Below, in pieces: positions 47,760 to 57,956 of a DNA stretch of 64,000 nt (the stretch's first letter is position 1; the number at the start of each line of letters is the position of its first letter). Origin of the DNA: Chlamydiia bacterium (GTDB lineage Bacteria; Chlamydiota; Chlamydiia; Chlamydiales; GCA-2402025); contig JAJACS010000008.1 in NCBI GenBank assembly GCA_022601395.1, positions 1,203 through 65,202 of the forward strand, in the 5' to 3' direction. The position numbers and the translations under genes were made by a program. A model generated the notes under the pieces. The model was not told the origin of the DNA. It saw only the letters and a list, made by a program, of their open reading frames with translations, and ran no database searches.

Positions 47760-49118
47760 TTAGAGACCTAAAGGGTTCGAGTAAACTCCATCAACTTCTC
47801 TTTCCTCTTCTGGACCATTTTGGATTTTTCTATTAAGAAGGAAAATAAAAAGAGAGAAAAGAAGAGTGTAAATCGTAACAAACATAATCAAAGAGCCGAG
47901 AACCTGTCCCGTTGATATCGATCTTGATACCCCTTGAGTTGTGCGCATGATTCTGTAAACAATCCAAGGCTGCCTACCAAATTCCGCTGTGTACCAACCT
48001 GTCTGGTTCGCAATGTAGGGCCAAAAGACAGACGCAACAAGAAACCCAAGGGTTCCTCTAGCATTTTGTATCGTACCCTTCCACCAGAAAATACAGCCGA
48101 AGAGCACTGCCATAAACATTAAGAACCAACAACCTATCATAATATGGTAGGTAGAAAATACAAGAGGCACGTTAGGCCAGTCTTCTCTTTTAAATTGATC
48201 AAGTCCAATAACAGCTGGTGTCGGATTGTTATATACAAGAAGACTAAGAAGCGATGGGACTTTTAATCCAATGACTTCCTTTTTCTTCATGTCTGGGTAA
48301 CCAACAATTGCAAAAGGTGTATGAGGTTTTGTTTCAAAGACACCTTCGATTGCTGCAAGTTTTTCAGGCTGATATTTTGCAACACCTGTTGCTGTTGACA
48401 TAGCTGAAAACAGCTGAAGTATCACCGTTATCCCGCCGACAATTAAACCAACCTTCATAGAAGATCTGGCAAAGTCTAAGTGTTTTTTACGGAGCATATA
48501 ATATGCAGACACACTTAAAACAATAAACGCACCCGTTAACCAGCAACCAATTAAAACATGTGTAATACGATCAACAGTAGAAGGATTGAAAATCATTTCC
48601 CAGTAATGTGTGATAACAGCTCTAGATTGCTCACCCTCACCAATAATTTTATATCCTGCAGGTGTTTGCATCCATGAATTCGCAACGCAAATCCAAGTCG
48701 CACTAAAGTGCGCGCCAAATGCCACAAGGATAGAAGACATGTAGTGAACACCTCTACTAACTTTGTCCCATCCGAAAAGCATCAGTCCAATAAAGCCAGC
48801 TTCTAAGAAGAATGCAAAAATACCTTCTGCTGCAAGTGCTGAGCCAAATACATCCCCTACAAACTTTGAATATCTTGCCCAGTTATTTCCAAAGGCAAAT
48901 ACCATAACGATTCCAGTAGCAACTCCCATAGCAAATGAAAGTGCAAATATCTTGGTCCAAAAGATTGCCATCTTTTTGTATTTTTCATTTTTCGTTCGGA
49001 TGAACATCCCTTCCATAATCACAATCATAAGAGATAATCCAATGCTTAGAGGAGGAAATAGATAGTGAAAAGCAATTGTAAATCCAAATTGAATTCGAGA
49101 AAGCATAACAACGTCCAT
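47760..49118 (-). CDS. cydA: Cytochrome bd ubiquinol oxidase subunit I (short Q-loop)
   Basis: LSRIQF..T..FH..F, GVATGI, AFFLE, NSWMQTPAG, QPEKLAAIEG, GW..AE.GRQPW. Confidence 0.97.
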   Translation of the reverse strand: MDVVMLSRIQFGFTIAFHYLFPPLSIGLSLMIVIMEGMFIRTKNEKYKKMAIFWTKIFALSFAMGVATGIVMVFAFGNNWARYSKFVGDVFGSALAAEGIFAFFLEAGFIGLMLFGWDKVSRGVHYMSSILVAFGAHFSATWICVANSWMQTPAGYKIIGEGEQSRAVITHYWEMIFNPSTVDRITHVLIGCWLTGAFIVLSVSAYYMLRKKHLDFARSSMKVGLIVGGITVILQLFSAMSTATGVAKYQPEKLAAIEGVFETKPHTPFAIVGYPDMKKKEVIGLKVPSLLSLLVYNNPTPAVIGLDQFKREDWPNVPLVFSTYHIMIGCWFLMFMAVLFGCIFWWKGTIQNARGTLGFLVASVFWPYIANQTGWYTAEFGRQPWIVYRIMRTTQGVSRSISTGQVLGSLIMFVTIYTLLFSLFIFLLNRKIQNGPEEEREVDGVYSNPLGL

Positions 49119-49266
49119 AAAAAACCTTTGTCAGATGTAAAACAAGATTTCATGCTACAATATAGATTTATTTTGTCAAATCTAAACTTAATACGTGAAA
49201 TATCTCCCTTGCAATAATCTTTACAGTTTCCTTAAAATTGAAACCGTTTCACTAAAGGAGATTTAT

Positions 49267-50088
49267 TTGAAATTTCATTCACCAAAAATCATGGGAGTTC
49301 TAAACATTACACCCGACTCTTTTTATGATGGAGGTAAATATCAAAACCTTGATGAAGCAGTAGAAAGAGCCTACAAAATCTATGAAGAAGGCGCAGATAT
49401 ACTTGATATTGGTGGTGAAACTACAAAGCCAGGCTCTTCTCCCATAACAGAAGAAGAAGAACTTTCACGCATTCTTCCATTGCTAGAAGCCCTTAGCACC
49501 GACTACCCTATACCCATTTCAATAGACACACAAAAGCCAGCAGTTGCTAGAAAAGCTCTAGAACTTGGCGTACGTATGATCAATGATGTTTCTGGTTTTG
49601 AAAATAGTGAGATGAGAGAACTTGCAGCAAGCTATCAAGTCGATATCTGCATCATGCACAAAAAAGGTACTACACAAAGCATGCAACTAAACCCAAAGTA
49701 TGAGGAAGGAGTCATTTCTTCATTACTTATGTGGTTTGAAAAAAGAATTTCTCTCCTTTTGCATCAAGGTGTTCAAAGCTCACAAATCATTATCGATCCT
49801 GGCCTTGGATTCGGAAAAAATATCGATCAAAAGATTGATATTTATAAGTCGATTTCAAAACTAAAAGATCTCGGATATCGCTTACTCATTGGTGGCTCAA
49901 GATACCTTGGAAAATTTGTAGATAAAAAGAGTGAAGAGTGCTTGCCAGCAACCATCATCTTAAATACAATAGCGGTACTTAGTGGTGCTGACATTATTCG
50001 TGTTCATGACGTCAAAGAACACAATGATCTAGCTAAGATTTTCAATCGATTCGAAAGCCATGAAAGAGAAGCGGCAACTTACGAGTAA
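49267..50088 (+). CDS. folP: Dihydropteroate synthase family protein with an atypical active site
   Basis: IMGVLNITPDSFYDGG, ISIDT, INDVSG, MH, DPGLGFGK, IIRVHDV. Likely TTG start at 49267 after AAGGAG. Confidence 0.88.
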   Translation: MKFHSPKIMGVLNITPDSFYDGGKYQNLDEAVERAYKIYEEGADILDIGGETTKPGSSPITEEEELSRILPLLEALSTDYPIPISIDTQKPAVARKALELGVRMINDVSGFENSEMRELAASYQVDICIMHKKGTTQSMQLNPKYEEGVISSLLMWFEKRISLLLHQGVQSSQIIIDPGLGFGKNIDQKIDIYKSISKLKDLGYRLLIGGSRYLGKFVDKKSEECLPATIILNTIAVLSGADIIRVHDVKEHNDLAKIFNRFESHEREAATYE

Positions 50089-50198
50089 CTTCAGCAACAT
50101 ATCTCGATGTGCAAATATTTCATAAAGTGTCGATTTTATTTTTGACTTTATTTGCAAATTTAAGAGAATGATCTAAGAAGAGTAAGAAAGAGAATAGT

Positions 50199-50996
50199 AT
50201 GCATTTTATACATATCACTGTTCCTATAATTGAGGTGGTCATCATCGGTGTGATGATCAACTACCTGCTATCTTTTTTCTGGAATACAAGATCTATGGAT
50301 CTTGTGCTTGGCTTGCTTGCTTTTCTATTAATCTTCGCAGCATCTGCATGGTTAAGACTTCCTGTTGTTCACAAGCTCATGTTACTTTTTGCAAACGTTG
50401 CTGTGATTGCGATCCTTGTCATTTTTCAACCGGAACTTCGTGTAGCTCTTTCAAAGCTGAGTTTAAAAGGAAGGCGGTATAGGGAAATTACAGAGTTTGA
50501 TAAATTTTTAGATCAGCTTGCTACTTCTACTTATCGACTTTCAGACAAACGTATTGGTGCTTTAATCGCTCTTGAAAATGAAGATACCCTTGATGAATTT
50601 GCTCGAAAAGGTGTCATGCTACAGGCCGTTTTTTCATCCGAGTTGCTGGAGTCCATTTTCGCTACAACAACACCGCTTCATGATGGAGCAATCATCATCC
50701 GAGATCTAACTATCGTCTCAGCGGCTGTAATTCTCCCTCTTGCGGAAGACTCTTCTCAAATCGCAAAAACAATGGGAACAAGACATAGAGCTGGGCTTGG
50801 AGCAAGTCAACTCACAGATTCTCTTATCATTGTTGTATCGGAAGAAACAGGAAAGGTTTCGATAGCAAGAGATGGGATCATGACAAGAGGTGTAAAAGTA
50901 GATCGTTTCAAAGGTATTATTAGAAGTATCTTCAATCAGCCTGCAAAGAAACCCATACAATCGCGATTTAACATTCTTGAGTGGTTTAAACGATGA
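50199..50996 (+). CDS. dacA: Diadenylate cyclase CdaA/DacA
   Basis: Three N-terminal TMs, IFQPELR, PLHDGAII, GTRHRA, VSEETG. Confidence 0.96.
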   Translation: MHFIHITVPIIEVVIIGVMINYLLSFFWNTRSMDLVLGLLAFLLIFAASAWLRLPVVHKLMLLFANVAVIAILVIFQPELRVALSKLSLKGRRYREITEFDKFLDQLATSTYRLSDKRIGALIALENEDTLDEFARKGVMLQAVFSSELLESIFATTTPLHDGAIIIRDLTIVSAAVILPLAEDSSQIAKTMGTRHRAGLGASQLTDSLIIVVSEETGKVSIARDGIMTRGVKVDRFKGIIRSIFNQPAKKPIQSRFNILEWFKR

Positions 50997-52240
50997 AGTC
51001 ATTAATTATTAGGATATTTATACAGAACTGGCCAAGGAAGCTCATTTCTTTGATCCTTGCGATCATTGTTTGGTTTGTTGTGTCTCAGTCTATGGCAACA
51101 ACAAAAACAATTAGTAACATTGGAATCCGTATTTTAAATATTCCAGAAGGTAAAACTGTAGAAGGTCTTCAATCAAATGGCTTACTTCAAAAAAGAGTCA
51201 CTCTTACTCTTAGTGGAAACAAGAACCTTCTTGATGAACTTACATCAAATGACATTGAAGTTGTCATAGACGCTGTTAACCAAAGAAAGGAATGGATCGC
51301 GACCATCTCCAAGAAGAATCTTCTTTCCCTCAACCCTGATATCAACTTAACAAGAAGAATCAACAAGATTTCTCATAAGAATTTCATTATTAAACTTACG
51401 AACCTTGTTACGGAAAGAATTCCTGTTATTATTACACAACCCATTGGACAAGCTCCGAAGGGATATCAGTTCCTAGATATTTGGCCCTATCAACTTAATT
51501 TAAATATCAGCGGACCTGAAGATGTTGTAAAAGAAGTGAAGAACCGTGGAATTAAACTCACCTTTAACTTAAATGACATTTCAGAGTCTCAGCTTGATGA
51601 CTTGCAGTCATCCTCTAGCAAACAATCTGATGTTGTGAGCTTTTTTGTACCAAAGCACTGGAAGCACGTCTCTATTCCTATTCTTTCCACCTCACCAATA
51701 ACAATTGACGACCCTGATGCGAAATTCCTAAGAATTGATTTTGTAAGATCGGAACTAATTCCAATCAATCACCCTATCCCTATTAGTCTTTTTGTTCCTC
51801 CTCATCTGATCCTCGCGCTCAATCCGCAAAAGCTCGGAATCGTTTCTAATGAAATGATTGAGAATAAAAACGGAATCAAGCTCATAAACCAGCCCCTATA
51901 CGCAAAAGGAGTGAGTGAACTCTTTTTAGAGACCATAAGTGATATGATAGGAATCACAGTGATCGCGAACCCTAAGCCAGATCAAAATCAACTGGATTGG
52001 ACCGTTCAGTTTATCAATCCTAAAGTCCTTGAAGACCGTTATGTCAGCACTCTTCTTTCTGATTCGTCTGATGAAGATCTACATGACCTTCAACCAAAGG
52101 TGCGAGAAGAATATTTAAGAAATCGATTCAGAAGCTATATGAATCGTTTTACCCTATATCGTCCCGATTTTAAGAGATTCAAACTTGATATCGAGATGCA
52201 GGGAAACAAAATTAACATAACCGAATCCAATCATGAGTGA
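50993..52240 (+). CDS. ybbR: YbbR/CdaR-like regulator of diadenylate cyclase
   Basis: NW..KLISL.LAI.VWF anchor, directly downstream of dacA and overlapping it (ATGA). Confidence 0.8.
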   Translation: MKSLIIRIFIQNWPRKLISLILAIIVWFVVSQSMATTKTISNIGIRILNIPEGKTVEGLQSNGLLQKRVTLTLSGNKNLLDELTSNDIEVVIDAVNQRKEWIATISKKNLLSLNPDINLTRRINKISHKNFIIKLTNLVTERIPVIITQPIGQAPKGYQFLDIWPYQLNLNISGPEDVVKEVKNRGIKLTFNLNDISESQLDDLQSSSSKQSDVVSFFVPKHWKHVSIPILSTSPITIDDPDAKFLRIDFVRSELIPINHPIPISLFVPPHLILALNPQKLGIVSNEMIENKNGIKLINQPLYAKGVSELFLETISDMIGITVIANPKPDQNQLDWTVQFINPKVLEDRYVSTLLSDSSDEDLHDLQPKVREEYLRNRFRSYMNRFTLYRPDFKRFKLDIEMQGNKINITESNHE

Positions 52241-53399
52241 AAAGAAAAACAAGAAAGTCTACATCCTAAAGCAAAGACTTGGTAGTTATGGTGGCTTAGA
52301 AAAGTACACATATCGTATTGCTGAAGCTTTCTCTAAAAAAGGTTGTGATGTCACGTTGCTCAGTGGTAATGAAGCAAAGAAGGTTCATAACCACCCTCAC
52401 TTTGATTTCAAAACGTTTCCAACGCCAAAGCATTTTTCATTAAGAAGGCTCGAACATTTTGATGCAAATGTTAGACGTTACTTGAAAAGTCAGGATTATG
52501 ACCTTGTCTTTGGTCTTGATCGAACCCGCTTCCAAACTCACATACGCGCAGGAAATGGCGTTCACAAAATTTTTCTAAAAAGAAGAAAAAGCACTTCCTC
52601 TTTTCTTAAGAGAATGTCACTTCCTATAAATCCGTTACACAAACTGATCCTATCTATTGAAAAACACGCTTTTGAACACCCCAAATTGGAATGTCTATTT
52701 ACAAACTCAAATATGGTAAAGAATGAGATTCTTTCCAACTTTGCTGTCGATGAAAAAAAGGTCCACGTTGTTCACAATGGCGTTGAATGGAATGACATGC
52801 AAAAGGATTTTGATATTTGGCTTGAGAGAAAGGCAAAAGTAGCAAGCAGCCTACATCTAGATCCAGCTAGCTACCATTTTTTATTTATTGGGAATGATTA
52901 TAAAAGAAAAGGTCTTGATATCCTTTTGCAAGCCCTTTCCATTTTAAAGAATAAAGATGTACACCTTTCTGTTGTTGGAAAAGATAAGAATATTAAGTCA
53001 TACATCTCCCTAGCTGAAAAGCTAGGCATTTCAAAAAATGTAAGTTTTTACGGTCCTCAGAATGATGTAAGGAAATTTTTTCAACTAAGCGACTGCCTGA
53101 TCATACCTTCTTTCTACGATCCATTTGCAAATGTGACAATAGAAGCACTTGCTATGGGACTTTTTGTGATTTCCTCCCCATATAATGGGGGTCACGAAAT
53201 TCTGAGCAATGAGACTGGAATTACTCTTGAAACTCTTGAAGACCCCACCTGCCTTGCTAGCGCCATGGAAAGAGCCATTTCTGTACCTAAGACATGGATA
53301 CACGCTACAGCTATAAGAAATTCAGTAAAACATTTGGATTTTTCTAACCAAATCGGTAATCTTATTGATATTTCCTTAAGCGCTACAGACTCTAGATGA
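52233..53399 (+). CDS. Glycosyltransferase family 4 (WaaG-like LPS core transferase)
   Basis: YGGLEKY, NSNMVK, VVHNGV, FIGNDYKRKG, PSFYDPFANVTIEALAMG. Confidence 0.9.
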   Translation: MSEKKNKKVYILKQRLGSYGGLEKYTYRIAEAFSKKGCDVTLLSGNEAKKVHNHPHFDFKTFPTPKHFSLRRLEHFDANVRRYLKSQDYDLVFGLDRTRFQTHIRAGNGVHKIFLKRRKSTSSFLKRMSLPINPLHKLILSIEKHAFEHPKLECLFTNSNMVKNEILSNFAVDEKKVHVVHNGVEWNDMQKDFDIWLERKAKVASSLHLDPASYHFLFIGNDYKRKGLDILLQALSILKNKDVHLSVVGKDKNIKSYISLAEKLGISKNVSFYGPQNDVRKFFQLSDCLIIPSFYDPFANVTIEALAMGLFVISSPYNGGHEILSNETGITLETLEDPTCLASAMERAISVPKTWIHATAIRNSVKHLDFSNQIGNLIDISLSATDSR

Positions 53400-54700
53400 A
53401 CAAACAACTCTTAGCCTTCCGCCTACTTTACATCTCTTTTGCCCCACTAAAGCTACTATCTCATAGAAGCATCCATCGAGTTGGGAAGATCTTAGGATCT
53501 CTCACCTACTATCTCCATACGAATTTTAGAAAAAAATCTCTTTCCAACCTGTCTCTTGCAAAAGATCTGGACCTCTCTGAAAAAGAACTTAAGAAAATCG
53601 CAAAAAAGTCTTTTCAAAGCCTTGTAACTACCTGTTTAGAATATCCGAAGTTTGCAGAAGAACCCGATATCTCCAAATCCATTACTTGTGTGAACCCTGA
53701 ACTTGCTGATGCTTTTATCAGAAAAAAGCAAGGAATTGTCTTTTTCTGCGGCCACCAATCGAACTGGGAGGTTCTGTTCCTTGATGGAACTCGAAGAATG
53801 CCTGGTGTTGCTATTGGAAGACCTATAAAAAATTTATACATCTATGAGTGGATACAATCGATTAGGGAGCGCTTTGGAGGAAATATGATCTCTCCTCAAA
53901 ACGCTATCAAAGAAGGCTTTAAAGCTTTAAAAAGAGGCCTTTTTCTTGGGATTGTTGGAGACCAAGGAATGCCTGAGAGTGGCTTTAGCTGCAAGTTTCT
54001 AGGAAGGCTTGCTTGGACTTCTCCTTCTCCAGCCCTTCTTGCATATAAAGCAAAATGCCCCATTATGGTCGCAACAACAAAAAGGATAAAAGGGAAGTAC
54101 TACATCACATACTCTGATCCCATCTGGCCAAACTTTGAAAATACTATCGATACTGAAATGCCCATCCTTATGACAAAAACACTAGAAATCTTTGAGAAGA
54201 GCATTTTAGAAAATCCTGGAGAGTGGCTATGGCAACATAACCGTTGGAAGCAAGAAACTCCAAGAAACGTCTATTATAAGTACCGCTACGACTGCATGTT
54301 AATCATCATGCCTGATGACCGCTTAGAATTTACTAAGTTAAAAGATGAAATCAAGATCTTCAAAGAGATCTACCCCCTTGCCTTTATCTCTCTTATGATT
54401 CCAAAAGCCTTTGAGAAAGACCTTAATCTAGAAGGTGTCGAAACTCTTTACTATCAGAGTCACCAAGATCTCTTTAAAAGAGACTATAGGTTTAAAATCG
54501 TCTATAACTTCAGTAGATATATAAAGATCAAAAAGCACTTTCTATCGCTTAGCGCAATGAAAGTTGTAGACCTTAATGATCTAAGAAAAGATGCCTCTGA
54601 ACATCTATCTGAGAAAATCGATTATAGCTTTTCAGATATTGTAAAAAGAGCCATTTGCAGACCTGGAACACTATGGGAAAAAACAAATGCCACACAATAG
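53396..54700 (+). CDS. htrB: Lipid A late acyltransferase (HtrB/LpxL family) with a chlamydial C-terminal extension
   Basis: GHQSNWE, GIVGDQ, P.EWLWQHNRWK. Confidence 0.9.
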   Translation: MNKQLLAFRLLYISFAPLKLLSHRSIHRVGKILGSLTYYLHTNFRKKSLSNLSLAKDLDLSEKELKKIAKKSFQSLVTTCLEYPKFAEEPDISKSITCVNPELADAFIRKKQGIVFFCGHQSNWEVLFLDGTRRMPGVAIGRPIKNLYIYEWIQSIRERFGGNMISPQNAIKEGFKALKRGLFLGIVGDQGMPESGFSCKFLGRLAWTSPSPALLAYKAKCPIMVATTKRIKGKYYITYSDPIWPNFENTIDTEMPILMTKTLEIFEKSILENPGEWLWQHNRWKQETPRNVYYKYRYDCMLIIMPDDRLEFTKLKDEIKIFKEIYPLAFISLMIPKAFEKDLNLEGVETLYYQSHQDLFKRDYRFKIVYNFSRYIKIKKHFLSLSAMKVVDLNDLRKDASEHLSEKIDYSFSDIVKRAICRPGTLWEKTNATQ

Positions 54701-55382
54701 ATTTTACATTGATCAGCCAATATCTGAGAGCTCTTGCTATTTTATAGAAGACGAAGAGTTTCATCATATGACACGTGTCATGAGACAAAGAGAGAATGAT
54801 GAAATAGAGCTTGTTGATGGAAAAGGCTCTCTTGCAAAAGCTCACATTAGATCCATTGAGAAGAAAAAAGCCGAAGTAGTCGTTTCAAGTATTACTAAAG
54901 AGCAGGAAAATCCCCGTAGATTCTCTGTTGCTATTGCCAATTTAAAACCCGCTTCACTTGAGTTTGCTGTAGAGAAACTCACAGAATTAGGAGCTTTTGA
55001 GATTTCTATCTTCAAAGCGATCTATTCAGAAAAAGAGCAAGTAAGTAACCATACCAAAAACAGGCTCAATCGACATCTTATATCAGCTTTAAAACAGTCG
55101 GGAAGGCTTTTTCTCCCAAAGCTATCATACATAGCCCTTGAAGACATACTGCAAAAAAAGTGCTTCTTTTGTGATCTAGACGATAAAGCAGAAAAGCTTT
55201 CTTCCCTTATTGAAAAAGAAGAGGATGTCACTATTATCATCGGTCCAGAAAGTGGCTGGCATGAAAAAGAGAAAAAGATCCTATTAGAAAAAGCTACTGT
55301 TTGCCTGCTGAACCCAAATATTTTACGTGCTGAAACAGCTGCGATAACCTCAGGGGCTATCGCCTCTCAGATGCTTTATTGA
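54687..55382 (+). CDS. rsmE: 16S rRNA m3U1498 methyltransferase
   Basis: HH..RVMR, EKLTELG, A.KQSGR..LP, IIGPESG, ILRAETAAI. Confidence 0.95.
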   Translation: MPHNRFYIDQPISESSCYFIEDEEFHHMTRVMRQRENDEIELVDGKGSLAKAHIRSIEKKKAEVVVSSITKEQENPRRFSVAIANLKPASLEFAVEKLTELGAFEISIFKAIYSEKEQVSNHTKNRLNRHLISALKQSGRLFLPKLSYIALEDILQKKCFFCDLDDKAEKLSSLIEKEEDVTIIIGPESGWHEKEKKILLEKATVCLLNPNILRAETAAITSGAIASQMLY

Positions 55383-57190
55383 CATTCACTCTTATTGATG
55401 GAAGAGCACACTTCTTTCAGAACTTCTTCTTCTGATGAAATCTCTCCTTCAAAGACAAGTCCTTTGCTAGGATCAAGTGTCACCATTTCGCCTTCTTGAA
55501 TAAGGCTACGAGCACTTTCTGCTTGAACTACGATAGAAATATCATACTTTTTACTGATTTCAAGTGCTGATTCTTCAGAGGCAGAATCGTCTCTATGGTT
55601 TTGAAGAATGATTCCAATACAAGATTTTAAATGATCTTCATATTCTGCTTGGCAATGAGTAAGGATTACGATCTTCCCTTTAGTCTCATACTCTTTTTCA
55701 TGAGTTAAAACGAAGATAGCTTCACCATATACTTGTTTACCTCTTGAAGGTTTACCCCTTGCTGCAACCTTACCAATACTCTTTACGATCATCATATTGG
55801 TTGTGCCTCTAATCCCAAATGGCGTTCCAGAAGTTACAAGTACTGTATCTCCATAGTGAACGTAGTGATTGGAGAGTGCAAAACATGTTGCTAAATTAAA
55901 CGCCTCTTCTCTTGTATTATACTCATGATAAACAGGTACCACTCCCCATAGAAAAGAGAGCTGATCAAAGGTTTTTTTGCTAGATGTCAGAGAAATAATA
56001 GGGATTTTTGGTCGCAATCTTGAAATCAATCTCGCGGTAAATCCGCTGCTAGTATAGGTGAAAATAGCTTGAGCATCTGAGCTATAGGCTGTTTTTACAG
56101 TAGCAACTGCAACAGAAGTCGAGATGTCTTTTGAGCTAAAATCAAAAGATCTAAAGAACTTACGATACTCAAAGTCCTTTTCAGCCTCTTCAATGATACT
56201 ACTCATCATTCGGGCAGATGCAATAGGATATTTTCCAATCGCTGTTTCCCCAGAAAGCATCACGCATGAGGCACTATCATAAATCGCATTAGCAACATCA
56301 GATACTTCCGCGCGTGTAGGTCTTGGATGGTTGATCATTGACTCAAGCATCTGTGTTGCAATAACAGCCGGCTTACCTTCTTTATTACACTTGGCAATCA
56401 TCATTTTCTGAAGACGAGGAACATGATTCAAAGGAAGCTCTACTCCAAGATCGCCCCTTGCTACCATAATCCCATCTGATACCTGCAAAATGCTCTCAAA
56501 GTTCTTAACTCCCATGACACTTTCTATCTTAGAAATGATCATGATATCACTTTTTGTGTGTTTCTTTATGAGCTTTCGTATTTCAAGTACGTTGTCAGCT
56601 AAACGAATAAAAGATGCTGCTATAATATCTACATCTTGCTCACAACCAAACTGCAAATCACTAGTATCTTGTTCTGTCATGGACGGGAGTTGGATCTCTC
56701 CATGAGGTATATTAACGCCCTTATTACTTTTAAGGTTCCCTGAATTGTCTATCTTAACAATGACATAGCCATCACCCTTCTCTATCGTTTTTGATGAGAT
56801 ATAGCCATCATCAAAAAGAATAGTCATACCTTTTGTTATATCATCAATCACACTTGGCGGAGAGATAGGTATTCCTTCAGCATCGCCTTCTTTAGCACTT
56901 TTAAGAAGTTTAAGTTTTTGCCCTTTTTCTAAGACAAGATTGTCATCTTTGATTTTACCAACACGTATTTCAGGCCCTTTAGTATCTAGCATGATAGCAA
57001 GAGGCCTTTCCATTTCATCTCTTGCTTTCTTAAGGAGAGCTATCGTTTTTGCATGTTGATCATGGTCACCATGAGAGAAGTTTAACCTTGCAACATTCAT
57101 CCCTGCTTTCATAAGGTCTTTAATCTTTTCGTATGTACCAACGGCGGGCCCAATCGTACAAATAACTTTTGTTCTCATATAATGTTGCAT
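55376..57190 (-). CDS. pyk: Pyruvate kinase with a C-terminal PEP-utilising swivel-like domain
   Basis: RTKVICTIGPA, ARLNFSHG, DTKGPEIR, KIE, MVARGDLGVE, ATQMLESM..PRPTRAE, MLSGETA. Confidence 0.97.
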   Translation of the reverse strand: MQHYMRTKVICTIGPAVGTYEKIKDLMKAGMNVARLNFSHGDHDQHAKTIALLKKARDEMERPLAIMLDTKGPEIRVGKIKDDNLVLEKGQKLKLLKSAKEGDAEGIPISPPSVIDDITKGMTILFDDGYISSKTIEKGDGYVIVKIDNSGNLKSNKGVNIPHGEIQLPSMTEQDTSDLQFGCEQDVDIIAASFIRLADNVLEIRKLIKKHTKSDIMIISKIESVMGVKNFESILQVSDGIMVARGDLGVELPLNHVPRLQKMMIAKCNKEGKPAVIATQMLESMINHPRPTRAEVSDVANAIYDSASCVMLSGETAIGKYPIASARMMSSIIEEAEKDFEYRKFFRSFDFSSKDISTSVAVATVKTAYSSDAQAIFTYTSSGFTARLISRLRPKIPIISLTSSKKTFDQLSFLWGVVPVYHEYNTREEAFNLATCFALSNHYVHYGDTVLVTSGTPFGIRGTTNMMIVKSIGKVAARGKPSRGKQVYGEAIFVLTHEKEYETKGKIVILTHCQAEYEDHLKSCIGIILQNHRDDSASEESALEISKKYDISIVVQAESARSLIQEGEMVTLDPSKGLVFEGEISSEEEVLKEVCSSINKSECQ

Positions 57191-57334
57191 AGATTCCTCA
57201 TTTACAATCTTGCACTATAACTTAAGTGTTTCTACTAAAACTTTTCAAGAAGATCATGAGATAAGAAATCTATTTTCTAAAAATAACTAAAAGATCATAT
57301 TACCCCTCTTTTATTAAAAAAGAAGGCAGGACTG

Positions 57335-57895
57335 ATGAGAGTCAATGGAAGCCAACCACATCACGCACTTGTTGATCCAGGCGGCTACGATGCTGATGTT
57401 AGCGATAGTGAAAAAGAGCTGATCCATCTTTTCGATCTACACCTCAAACTTAGAAGATGCGACAGTCCAGAAGATAAATTCTTAGCGATTCAGAGCCACG
57501 TTCTAGAAGTAGATCCAACTGATGTCCTTGAAACCACTGATATAGAGTTGTCTGGTTATGGACTTGAAATGATTCCTAGAAATTTAAATCAATTTAGTCA
57601 CCTTGAAAAACTAAGTCTTTCAGGAAACAAACTTGCCTTTGAACGCTTCGAAATGCCTCATTTACTATCGCTCAGAGTTCTAAAATTAGATGATTGTGAC
57701 CTGAGCTATATACCTCCTGATTTTTTACGTCTATTTCCCAATCTTCAGGAACTTGATCTTTCGAGGAATCAACTCGAGATAGGTGGGATTCTTTTCGGTC
57801 AGGAAGTGGTAAATTATGACTTTGTAGAGATTGGAGGCTGCAGGGTGATAATCAAAGGAAATCATATCACTCTATTTGATGAACCGATTCGATGA
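57335..57895 (+). CDS. Leucine-rich repeat protein, candidate effector
   Basis: LEKLSLSGNKL, LRVLKLDDCDL, LQELDLSRNQL (LxxLxLxxNxL). Confidence 0.85.
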   Translation: MRVNGSQPHHALVDPGGYDADVSDSEKELIHLFDLHLKLRRCDSPEDKFLAIQSHVLEVDPTDVLETTDIELSGYGLEMIPRNLNQFSHLEKLSLSGNKLAFERFEMPHLLSLRVLKLDDCDLSYIPPDFLRLFPNLQELDLSRNQLEIGGILFGQEVVNYDFVEIGGCRVIIKGNHITLFDEPIR

Positions 57896-57956
57896 TATTA
57901 TTGGAATACAAAGCTAAATCGCGATACAATCAGACCTTTTAGCAGATAGATTTTCC

